From positions 46,363 to 110,362 of the forward strand of contig JBBIPP010000002.1 of assembly GCA_037442745.1 (NCBI GenBank): DNA of 64,000 bases, in the 5' to 3' direction. This DNA is from an archaeon. GTDB taxonomy: Archaea > SpSt-1190 > DYHY01. The translations under genes and the position numbers were made by a program. The notes under the pieces are model-generated. The model ran no database searches, had not been told where the DNA came from, and saw only the letters and a list, made by a program, of their open reading frames with translations. Shown here piece by piece: positions 10,101 to 17,435 of the stretch (the first letter of the stretch is position 1; each line of letters starts with the position of its first letter).

Positions 10101-12107
10101 TATTCGGCGGGAATAGGCGCCCTCTCGTTGAGCAACCTGATATTCGAGAAGAACGCGACAATCCCGCAGATTTACAGCGGGCAGTACGGCCATGCGAATT
10201 TCATTGTTACCGCAAACTCCCTAGGTTCGGACATATTCGTCGCGGAAATACTCTCCGCAATTGATTCCAACACCGGCTACCCCTTGACTCTCTATCAGGG
10301 AGCTGTCCATTTCGCGAACAACTCTAGCATTACAATTGTTGACACCCGGCCTCCCATTGCGCATCTCGGAGCATCTCCTGCGAACAACGCGAACCTGTCC
10401 TCCGGAACTGTCCAGTTCCTGACTACCGGAACAGACAGCTTCGAACTAGACTATCTTGCAATATACGGAAACTGGTCTGGCGCATGGGGCGCTCGCCTTC
10501 TCAACTCAACCCCCTTCAACAACACCCAATGGACTGCGACCGGGGCCCTTCCCGACGGGCACTTTGCCTGGGCAGTCTATGCTAACGACACGTCAGGCAA
10601 CTCTAACATTACCCAAAACCGCACACTCACTGTTGACACAACCGCTCCCGTATCGGCAATAACCGCTCCCGCAAACAACACATATTCAATTGACACCACT
10701 CCAGATCTCTCAGGAACCGCAGCTGACGCTACATCAGGCGTGAGAAGGGTCTGGGTAAGGGCGAACGCGGGAGCATGGGCGATTGCCTCCGGAACAACTT
10801 CATGGTCCTACACTTCAGGAGCGCTATCCGACGGGACGTATGTTTTCCAGTCAAAGGCTGAAGACTGGGCTGGAAACAACCAATCCTCCTATGGAGAAAT
10901 TTATTTCACAGTTGACACAACTTCCCCGGAATCGTTCTCCTATGTTTCCCCGACTCCGGCAAACGAAGCCAACCTATCAAGGACCTATTTCGAAATAAAC
11001 TCCACCTTCACCGAAATCAACCCGGCCTCCTGCTCGGCTGAAATTAACGGAGCGAACTATTCGGCAAGCCTATCCCCCGGCTCCCCCGCATACTGCTTCT
11101 ACAACGCGACAGGCCTCCCGGCAGGGACTTACCTGTACAGGGTATGGGCTGAAGACCTTGCCTCAAACTGGGGCGTTTCCGCCAGTCTTGTAGCCAACCT
11201 TGACTCAGTCCTGCCCTCCGCTATTCTCGGAACAAGCCCAGCAAACGCCCTTGCAACAAGCCAGACAGCAATAACATTCGACATAATTGGCACAGACAAC
11301 TCCAACCTCCATTCAATCGCAATTTACGGGAACTTTAGCGGAACTTGGTCAATTGCCTCCCTAAACTCGACCCCGTTCAACGCAAGTTGGTGGAACGAGA
11401 CAATTGTCCTCTCTGACGGGACATATTCCTGGGGCGCATTCGCGAACGACTCGGCCGGGAACTCTGCCTTCTCCGCCAACCGCACCCTGACAATAGACAC
11501 CATTTCTCCAGCATCGTTCTCCTATGTTTCCCCGACTCCGGCAAACGAAGCCAACCTATCAAGGACCTATTTCGAAATAAACTCCACCTTCACCGAAATC
11601 AACCCGGCCTCCTGCTCGGCTGAAATTAACGGAGCGAACTATTCGGCAAGCCTATCCCCCGGCTCCCCCGCATACTGCTTCTACAACAACACCGGGCCCC
11701 TTATTGGGATCTACACGTACAGGATATATGCTACTGACAGCGCGGGGAACGTTGGCGCGTCCTCCTCGAGGAACGTCAACCTTGACACAATTGCCCCAGA
11801 GTTCTCCAGCCAAGGAAGCAACGTAACTGAAATCAACGGCTCGGCAGGGGAGGTCGCCAACCTCTTCGCCCTTTGGTATGACGCAGATCTCGGGCTCTCG
11901 AACGCGACAATTTCAACTAACGAGACTGGTTCATTCGTCAATTCGACCACGGTTCCCCTAACTGGAAGCCTTGAATGGAGCGACTTTGAATGGACCAATT
12001 CCACTCCGCTTCCGAACGGAACCGCAGTCGCCTGGAGAATATGGGGCTCAGACATTGCGGGGAACTGGAACGTCACCGACGACATGATAATAACCGTACT
12101 AACTTAA
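4179..12107 (+). CDS. Giant (2642 aa) secreted surface glycoprotein with WGCP repeats and C-terminal Ig-like (DTTAP-type) repeats
   Basis: Signal peptide (MAKLGKKLATILALALLIAIISTGFS); ATG directly follows the upstream TAG; D-T-x-x-P Ig-domain boundaries; no C-terminal TM helix. Confidence 0.85.
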   Translation: MAKLGKKLATILALALLIAIISTGFSAPSFTAEISPEIVSTNQNVTFSVTIQNTGSETITDVVMPFSSFTSGVITYASCPYSNFHETIISGEGLNALICSASGGTGITAGGSALLVVNISSAPGSVPQTNPVEIPVSAYNSTGGITSGQVYVTVENEISISAEVSTPLPQRAVSGQTGLSATFRVDNNGDAVALSVNPNISILAPYQSITPSITAGGNINGGSFRNYISNFNIPSGTSPGTLTLRFNATGIDENSLFTDFTSETSFTTVYSPPIVNVYSITTNASFVSTNSEHSVARLSVVVGIPGSPSTISNANISLATIRIVSGTGADDSSGYTSPLRTDSVTELVPGMNATLTFDVRTTNPSEGQKFANFTINYYDGISGQILNQSVLNNRTIFAVDRTSPQVSVLSISSTANIQNFFRQGETISINSSVADTFSGISSPLCDVFIGGIYAGTLPLVANRCEGSVNVPEHPSLYGSENVEVRVKDSVGNEGTGTKAISIYTLVVNATDALTGADIKEGTDFSNATAVAFNSSGGNHFSCTTLFGTKSQLCGVPLGTIVNVSLSSPAYVTNNRTLDASRICVGIGDLSSCSENLPSGGANTISIALVPNTRIIILNEFNQSILMGNVTVKDSATTPWYKPFIDGGSFDSDGTVNGSVIAPIDTGKHTSPFDIRANLDSPFNPGYLQATNSGYVPSQASQTTLTLRQKFTILVRVFDEFNSPILTSTGSVSFTNANGTTQCVQNHANLSEYGCPVMTVSENPHLLSGGNVTVAKPGYVTKKLTGIVPPADTQSSQIALSTNLDFNLGVRVLDQFGNLSLTTTEIERVYVQSGNCTYSGGSWGCAAVAGDEVGITILPRPSSGYLRRVSQTVPFVDYVKSNVNITIPYTLLLSARDELSRSINGTNVSSVTFLFGAGISCRMNSTASPSWGCPVPAGTASAGIWVNVSQASGRMNQLLSAQSIPSDVFGNQTTVYSSNNFTLRVLPLTEFGNQLPLSGLAVAWNSEACIQSGAYWYCPAPAESLANIYSRADGFIDFLNSSVTAPAVSGTRTELNTSNKYSILIGTFDEFSTPRNFSSGSVSFAGVACQVNPLSPYYWGCPILGGTSGQGRIAKEGFVNHTTGTIVAQFGNGTQGILSSANQFTLKATIYDELGSNFSSGVVLASNSTCEQFISAPNNTYFCQARPPDSALTIAKAGFETSSYYVSGLSDASQTAVTINGTGSPKYSAVITVRRNPSSGDESALAGAIFLNSTTRAQIIPSWSSGNRYYFSLEAGNNSLLINKSGYVEKLYSFLTTPAAQHSGEAIIDYSLRVEIISENGTGVRGATLSSSSGTPFIEANSAPSYYSAIDSGTYSVQMRKAGFVTTSPQAFSINTTYPSNQTLVRLTPLYTLKIISLDWGGAPLNGTTAKATGQAEFTGTSNVIYFEANPLTTPTADVNVSKSGYNTVSANGIPISNSSQNVTFTYHAQQISARAAGWDNSPIDGAVLRLHYNGTEIASCTTGSYGNCTFLSTNGASNDSYFNSSEIGLASNITVSAEKSGGYYRATSLGEAYYYQNSTSPLSIGTVRIGIPPRIRAVQAWNASLPVVGATVVLSNSTGAIASNSTDSEGYAVFIPDFLSAPSQSDYLISGTEAVQGTLYFDISMLGYSPASGNFYFNASEQVNMTVPMNDSQAPLVSLGFSGRNGSAHVKFENFNLSIYLDEVYSGDSSGIDYSLSHYNITWENGTLVRGPVNLSVCPSQAPIGGLCNLTGVNGWDLPVGNLTVNLFAKDIQGNSNSTNIPFVSEPGINETFILMERASASNYGGDFFLVTWGLVVKGTQGKLQISNLEPINCTSCPPFPISGWASLLYNDVAGCEGAKKQAQVRNTWPLGQTPAAFCDYSPGTRYAREQNVTLKILLPTGLSNAKYNATYLWKGMYEDLPPTNLTIVGVNASTLSPEAGENFTVTAIVYATPGASSADEVVVGLNSSEGSPIYSAGIGALSLSNLIFEKNATIPQIYSGQYGHANFIVTANSLGSDIFVAEILSAIDSNTGYPLTLYQGAVHFANNSSITIVDTRPPIAHLGASPANNANLSSGTVQFLTTGTDSFELDYLAIYGNWSGAWGARLLNSTPFNNTQWTATGALPDGHFAWAVYANDTSGNSNITQNRTLTVDTTAPVSAITAPANNTYSIDTTPDLSGTAADATSGVRRVWVRANAGAWAIASGTTSWSYTSGALSDGTYVFQSKAEDWAGNNQSSYGEIYFTVDTTSPESFSYVSPTPANEANLSRTYFEINSTFTEINPASCSAEINGANYSASLSPGSPAYCFYNATGLPAGTYLYRVWAEDLASNWGVSASLVANLDSVLPSAILGTSPANALATSQTAITFDIIGTDNSNLHSIAIYGNFSGTWSIASLNSTPFNASWWNETIVLSDGTYSWGAFANDSAGNSAFSANRTLTIDTISPASFSYVSPTPANEANLSRTYFEINSTFTEINPASCSAEINGANYSASLSPGSPAYCFYNNTGPLIGIYTYRIYATDSAGNVGASSSRNVNLDTIAPEFSSQGSNVTEINGSAGEVANLFALWYDADLGLSNATISTNETGSFVNSTTVPLTGSLEWSDFEWTNSTPLPNGTAVAWRIWGSDIAGNWNVTDDMIITVLT
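10931..11687 (+). repeat. Exact 175-bp direct repeat inside the giant gene (10931-11105 and 11513-11687)
   Basis: Identical DNA encoding SFSYVSPTPANEANLSRTYFEINSTF...PAYCFYN; offset 582 bp (194 codons). Confidence 0.95.
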
Positions 12108-12129
12108 AAAAAGGAGAGAAAACTGAAAA

Positions 12130-13842
12130 ATGAGAAAAATGGCAAGGGAACAAAAAGACAGCTTGTTGTCTCTCCTTTTCCTCGCCACAATATTCATTTT
12201 CTCAATATTTTCCCCCGGCAGCTCAGACAACCCTTTCCCCGGATATTTCGAGATAAACCCATCTTGCATCCAGTCCTTGACCTGCGGACAGGGCCAAAAC
12301 ATTACAGTCAACGGAACGGGGATATCTAACCTCCTTGCTTCCCCAGCTAACGGGGCTGCGGACGGCCTCGTTACAGGAGTTGCTGTCAACGTTACCTGGA
12401 ACACCACAACCGACGGAACTGTTCCCTATCCTCTCAACTCCTCAGTCTGGAAGAAGAACGCCACAGGAACATTCCTTCTCGGAGAGAACTCGACAGTCTC
12501 AGGATTCCATTTCGTGCAAATAGGTCCCTTTGCCTATTCCTCAACAACCTGCCCGTCCCTCGGATGCGAAATATCCCTGATTGTCTCGAACTGCAACACA
12601 ACAACCTCGGTCTGCGTCAACTCCTCAAACGAGAACCCGACATTCTCGATTGTCGTTGCTTCCGCAGTTACTAACCTGACCTCCAGCCCCGCTTCGCCAA
12701 GGACGGGAGACCCGATAACTCTCTCCTGGAACACCATTTCCCCGATGAACTCGACAGTCTCATGGATGTACGGGTCAAGCCAGAACTCGACTTATTCAAA
12801 CACACATTCAATTGTTCCCGGGGCTTTCAACTATTCCGAGGACCCGAACTTTACAATTATTTCCTGCGCCTCAGGAGGGCTCTGCGAGACATATGTTCGC
12901 CAGGTGGCAATCCTCAGAAGCTCGTCTTCAGTCTCCTTCTCATCAACCGCACCATCAACCAACATTACCGCAAGCTGGACAACTCACAACATTTCGAACA
13001 GCACGCTGTTCTTCTCCCTGAACGGGGGGGCTATCCAGAATTCAACCGACTCCCTCTTCTCAACCGCACACGCGGTTTCCCTCGGGAGCTATTCGGCAGG
13101 GGATTCAATTGTCTATTACCTTCGTTCCTGCCTTGACCCGAACAACTGCGAGACTACCCAGAACGCAAGCATCACAATAGCAGTCCCGACAACCACAATC
13201 TCCACCGGAGGGAGCCCAAGCAATGGAGGAAGCACGGGAGGATTAAGCAGGGGAGTTGGCACAACAACTTCAATACCAATACCAGCCGGTTCAGAATACA
13301 ACTACAAGAGCCTCCCGGCAGGACTTCCCGCCAGTTTTCCAGTGAACGGCTCAACTCAGGCAATAACTCTTGTCACATTCACATACAGGACATATGTTCC
13401 GAATGTGACGCTTGTTTTCACAAGAGTCGCGTCAATAGGGAGCCTTTCGCCCCCTCCAGGAACACTCTACCAGTACATTAACCTAACTCATTACAATGTT
13501 GAGGAGGAAAAAATCATTCCCCCGGCAACAATTGAGTTCAAGGTGTCAAAGCAATGGATGATTGATAACGGAGTAGACCGCGCAACAATTGCTCTATACA
13601 GGCATTCGGGAGGGGCATGGACTGCTCTCGAGACAGCGTATTCGGGCGAGGATTCCCTCTACTACTATTTCAGGTCAAGCTCTCCCGGGCTCTCCCTGTT
13701 CGCAATAACCGGCCTCCCCCGGACGGCATTCTGGGACCTGATATCCTTGATTGAGGCATATTATGCGGGCGACCCGTCAGTCGACTTCTGGAAAGTCCTA
13801 GATGCCCTGACAGCCTATTACGCATCCGGAGGAAGCATCTGA
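12130..13842 (+). CDS. Secreted PGF-pre-PGF domain protein with a duplicated C-terminal helical motif
   Basis: Signal peptide; FN3-like repeats; G/S/T linker; YQYINLT...IEFKVSKQW...IALYR...W..LET...SPGLSLFAITG matches the PGF-pre-PGF pattern; ends FWDLISLIEAYYAG / FWKVLDALTAYYASG. Confidence 0.8.
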   Translation: MRKMAREQKDSLLSLLFLATIFIFSIFSPGSSDNPFPGYFEINPSCIQSLTCGQGQNITVNGTGISNLLASPANGAADGLVTGVAVNVTWNTTTDGTVPYPLNSSVWKKNATGTFLLGENSTVSGFHFVQIGPFAYSSTTCPSLGCEISLIVSNCNTTTSVCVNSSNENPTFSIVVASAVTNLTSSPASPRTGDPITLSWNTISPMNSTVSWMYGSSQNSTYSNTHSIVPGAFNYSEDPNFTIISCASGGLCETYVRQVAILRSSSSVSFSSTAPSTNITASWTTHNISNSTLFFSLNGGAIQNSTDSLFSTAHAVSLGSYSAGDSIVYYLRSCLDPNNCETTQNASITIAVPTTTISTGGSPSNGGSTGGLSRGVGTTTSIPIPAGSEYNYKSLPAGLPASFPVNGSTQAITLVTFTYRTYVPNVTLVFTRVASIGSLSPPPGTLYQYINLTHYNVEEEKIIPPATIEFKVSKQWMIDNGVDRATIALYRHSGGAWTALETAYSGEDSLYYYFRSSSPGLSLFAITGLPRTAFWDLISLIEAYYAGDPSVDFWKVLDALTAYYASGGSI

Positions 13843-13843
13843 A

Positions 13844-14902
13844 ATGATCGGAAGAAAGGAATTTTTCTCAATTGCGCTTGCCCTGCTAGTGATTCTCCCA
13901 ATTGGCGCATATTCCGCAACAGTTTCCGGAACATTGAATGGGCCTGACGGAATACTTCCGGGAGGGCGCGGACAATTCAGTCTAGAACTCGCTTCCGATG
14001 CCCCAGTATTGAGCTTCGACATTGCAGTCCTCGTCCCCTCTGGATGGACAATAACTTCCTGGGATGCTCCTGGATACAAAAAGTCGGGGATAATTCTCGA
14101 GAAAAGGAGCAGGTCCTACAAGGGGCTCTCCTATGAGGCATACCACTGGAAAGTGCCCGAAAAACTCGAGTCAAAGGCAACTTTCAATTTCGAACTCTCG
14201 CTTCCCGCGACAGCTTCCCTCGGAACTGTGAGGGAGATTTCCTCAATATGGACTACTCCCGAAAACTTTGGGACAAGGAATCTGAACATTACTGTCGGAA
14301 GCCCTTCAAAGAAGTGCGGGGACGGTTCGTGCTCCGGGGACGAATCCTGCTCCTCTTGCCCGGTTGACTGCGGAATGTGCTGGCAAGTTTCCTGCGGGGA
14401 TTCCGTTTGCTCCTCCGTAGAAAGCCATTCAACCTGCCCGAAAGATTGCACTGCCCAACCGACAACAACGGCAAAGCCCTCAGGATGGACAATTGTAATA
14501 ACTCCCGAGACAGGTTCCTTCCTAGAAACTGTTGGATTAATTCTTGGGGCAGTTGTTCTCATAGGGCTCCTGATATTGTTGATTGCAATTGTTCTCAAGG
14601 GAAACAGGCAGGCCCCGAAGAGTTCTCCTTTGGATGAGGCTAGAAAGGAAATAAAGAGCCCATTGGCAAGGGAGCAGGAGGAGGCGCTCAAGACAGCGGT
14701 CCTAATTCCAGCTCAAGCCAATTCGGAAAAATCCTTAAAGGACCAATTGAAGGGCAACTTCGACATAAAGCCAGTTGAGAGAGGGCCAGCAAAGGCGAAG
14801 GTCGAGAGGCCCGTTGAGACAACCGAGAAGAAAATCTCCCTTTTGAAGAAAGCAATGCTGAGAATAGAGAACATAATGGACGATATCGGAAAGGGCTTGT
14901 AA
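13844..14902 (+). CDS. Membrane-anchored surface protein: beta-sandwich, CGDG-C Cys-rich repeats, TM helix, charged cytoplasmic tail
   Basis: Signal peptide; CGDGSCSGDESCSSCPVDC and CGDSVCSSVESHSTCPKDC; TM VGLILGAVVLIGLLILLIAIVL followed by a K/E-rich tail. Confidence 0.75.
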   Translation: MIGRKEFFSIALALLVILPIGAYSATVSGTLNGPDGILPGGRGQFSLELASDAPVLSFDIAVLVPSGWTITSWDAPGYKKSGIILEKRSRSYKGLSYEAYHWKVPEKLESKATFNFELSLPATASLGTVREISSIWTTPENFGTRNLNITVGSPSKKCGDGSCSGDESCSSCPVDCGMCWQVSCGDSVCSSVESHSTCPKDCTAQPTTTAKPSGWTIVITPETGSFLETVGLILGAVVLIGLLILLIAIVLKGNRQAPKSSPLDEARKEIKSPLAREQEEALKTAVLIPAQANSEKSLKDQLKGNFDIKPVERGPAKAKVERPVETTEKKISLLKKAMLRIENIMDDIGKGL

Positions 14903-14939
14903 AGAGCCGATATTTTTTCTATTTAGCCTCTTCCAAACC

Positions 14940-14948
14940 CTTATAAAG
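14940..14948 (+). promoter_or_regulatory. Candidate TATA box upstream of tfb
   Basis: CTTATAAAG in the AT-rich gap about 45-50 nt before the ATG; position and composition only. Confidence 0.35.
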
Positions 14949-14992
14949 GTTTCAAAAGCCAAATATTAAAACTTTTTGGTTTGGGGAAAAAA

Positions 14993-15922
14993 ATGGCTCT
15001 TTTGGAAAAAGACATGGAGGGGGTTATTCAATGCCCCGAGTGCGGAAGCAAGAAGATTTTCAAGGACAAAAGCAGAGGGGAAGTTGTCTGCGCGGCATGC
15101 GGCCTTGTTATTGAGGACGATATGGTTGATTTCTCCCAGGAATGGCGGGAGTTCGATTCTGGCGATTCCGACAAGAAGCGGAGGAGCGGGGCGCCCATTT
15201 CCCTTGCCCGGCACGACAAGGGAATCTCTACTGAAATCGGAATGGGATATGCCGACATTTTCCGCCTGCCCGCATCGAAGAGGCCCAAATTCTTCCGCCT
15301 GAAGAAATGGCAGCAGAGGATTTCCACAGCAACTGAGCGGAACCTAAAATACGCCCTTGCCGAACTGAAAAGATACACCTCGTTTTTGAACCTGCCCAAT
15401 TCAGTTGAGGAGACAATCGCGCTTCTCTACAGGAAAGCAGTCTCAAAGGAGCTTGTCCGGGGCCGGAGCATGGAATCGGTAATTGCAGGAGCCCTATATG
15501 CCGCATGCAGGGAGCACGGCACTCCGAGGACTTTGGACGAAATATCAGAGGTATCCCATGTCCCAAAAAGGGAAATTGGGCGGACATACCGCTTCCTCGC
15601 AAGGCAAGTTGGCCTCCGGATTCTTCCGACAGACCCGGCAGACTACATCCCGCGTTTCGCATCCCAACTAAACCTGTCAGGAACAGTTGTCACAAAGGCA
15701 ATTGAAATACTGAAACAGTCAAAGGAGAAGGAACTCACCAGCGGGCGGGGCCCAACAGGGGTTGCGGCAGCAGTCCTCTATATTGCTGCCCAGATTGTAG
15801 GCGAGAAGAGGACTCAGAGGCAGGTTGCAGACGTTGCGGGAGTTACTGAAGTCACAATCCGGAACCGCTACAAGGAACTTGTAAATGAACTGAACCTCAC
15901 GAATCTCCAGATTGAGGAATAA
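14993..15922 (+). CDS. tfb: Transcription initiation factor IIB
   Basis: Zn ribbon CPECG...CAACG, B-reader EWREF, two cyclin repeats (GRSMES, GRGPTGVAAA), C-terminal VTEVTIRNRYKEL. ATG at 14993 preferred over TTG at 14981. Confidence 0.97.
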   Translation: MALLEKDMEGVIQCPECGSKKIFKDKSRGEVVCAACGLVIEDDMVDFSQEWREFDSGDSDKKRRSGAPISLARHDKGISTEIGMGYADIFRLPASKRPKFFRLKKWQQRISTATERNLKYALAELKRYTSFLNLPNSVEETIALLYRKAVSKELVRGRSMESVIAGALYAACREHGTPRTLDEISEVSHVPKREIGRTYRFLARQVGLRILPTDPADYIPRFASQLNLSGTVVTKAIEILKQSKEKELTSGRGPTGVAAAVLYIAAQIVGEKRTQRQVADVAGVTEVTIRNRYKELVNELNLTNLQIEE

Positions 15923-15990
15923 CTCCCGCCTCTCCGGGCGCTCTGAAAAAAGTCAATTATTAAAAATGAAAATTGGCAGAGTCCCCATGA

Positions 15991-17403
15991 ATGGTTGGGA
16001 TACTTTTCGTTGAGCTCTCAATTGAATCCAAGAGGCTCAATTACGGAATAGCCTACCTGTCGGCAGTCTGCAAAGAGGCGGGGCATGAGACTGCCCTTTT
16101 GGAGGTCACCAACCCGGAGAGGAAAGAAATTCACCGGGCAATCCGGGCAAAGCTTCGGAATTTTCCGGCAAAAGTCCTGGCAATTTCCCTAAACGAGGTT
16201 TATTCAGACATCGGGGAGGAGGTTGCTTATGCGGCAAAATCGACCGACCCATCAATACTTGTTATTGCCGGGGGAGCATATCCAAGCCTTGTCCCGGAGC
16301 AGGTCCTCTCTAGCCCGAACTTTGACGCAGTCCTGATAGGGGAGGCTGAAATATCCCTAATAAGCCTGCTCTCCTGCAATTCCAAAAATCCCCCGGAATG
16401 GAAATTCCCAAAAAAACTGAAAGGAGTCCATTACAAAAGGAACGGGAAAATAAGCAAAGGGGGCCTTCCAGTCCTCCCGAATTTGGATTCCCTCCCCCTT
16501 CCGGACATTTCCATCTTTGGCCGGAACGCTATTGCGCCAAGATTCGGGGGAAAGAGGCATATGGGGGCAATAGTTTCCCGGGGGTGCGTTTTCTCGTGCA
16601 CATATTGCTACTCGAGCAGAATAGGGAACCCCGAGGGCACTCTTCCCAGATATTACCGCAGATTATCCAATGACCGCGCAATTGAGGTAATTCGGCATGT
16701 GAGCGAAAAGGCTAGGCCTGACCGAATATTTTTCTTTGACACTCTATTCTTCCCAAGCGTGAAAATTGCCGGGAAATTCCCAGAAATGTATTCCCGCGAA
16801 ATCGGAATTCCCTGCTATGGAGTCCAAAGGCCGGATCTCTGCACGCGGGAGATGGCAAGGGCTATGAAGAAATGCCTTGCCGAGAACATTACAATGGGAA
16901 TTGAATCAGCGTCCGAGGACCTTAGAAGAAGAGTTCTCGGACGAAACATTCCAGATGCGACCCTTGAGAAAGGGTTCAAAAATGTCCGCAGGGCTGGAAT
17001 CTCCCCCGGTGCATTCTCAATGATAGGGTTTCCCTACCAGCCGAAAAATGATGTAATTGGAATATGCCGAATTAGCGCGAAAATCGCAGACTACAACAGC
17101 GTCAGCATGTTTTTCCCTGAGAAAGGGACTGTTCTAGGAAACCTCTGCCATAAGAACGGATGGGTTGATACATCAAAAAAACAGAGATCGTTTGGCGAAG
17201 CGAATACGGTTCTTCTGACGAACGGGGAAATGGACCGCGCGACAATAAACTCGCTTTATTTGGCGGTCTCGCCCCTGACAAAATATTACAAGCGGGATTT
17301 TCTCGGAATGGCGGTCGATTCAGCCCGCATGTTCGGGAGAATTGCCTTCGGGAGAGTTTTCGGCGGAGATTTTGCAGTTATAAAAGCCCTTGCCCCAAGA
17401 TAA
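15991..17403 (+). CDS. B12-binding-domain radical SAM protein
   Basis: YGIAYLSAV and GGAYPS in the N-terminal Rossmann domain; SRGCVFSCTYC (CxxxCxxC); GIESASE. Confidence 0.9.
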   Translation: MVGILFVELSIESKRLNYGIAYLSAVCKEAGHETALLEVTNPERKEIHRAIRAKLRNFPAKVLAISLNEVYSDIGEEVAYAAKSTDPSILVIAGGAYPSLVPEQVLSSPNFDAVLIGEAEISLISLLSCNSKNPPEWKFPKKLKGVHYKRNGKISKGGLPVLPNLDSLPLPDISIFGRNAIAPRFGGKRHMGAIVSRGCVFSCTYCYSSRIGNPEGTLPRYYRRLSNDRAIEVIRHVSEKARPDRIFFFDTLFFPSVKIAGKFPEMYSREIGIPCYGVQRPDLCTREMARAMKKCLAENITMGIESASEDLRRRVLGRNIPDATLEKGFKNVRRAGISPGAFSMIGFPYQPKNDVIGICRISAKIADYNSVSMFFPEKGTVLGNLCHKNGWVDTSKKQRSFGEANTVLLTNGEMDRATINSLYLAVSPLTKYYKRDFLGMAVDSARMFGRIAFGRVFGGDFAVIKALAPR

Positions 17404-17435
17404 TCCCCTTTTTGGGCGCGCACCCCTCCCAACAA

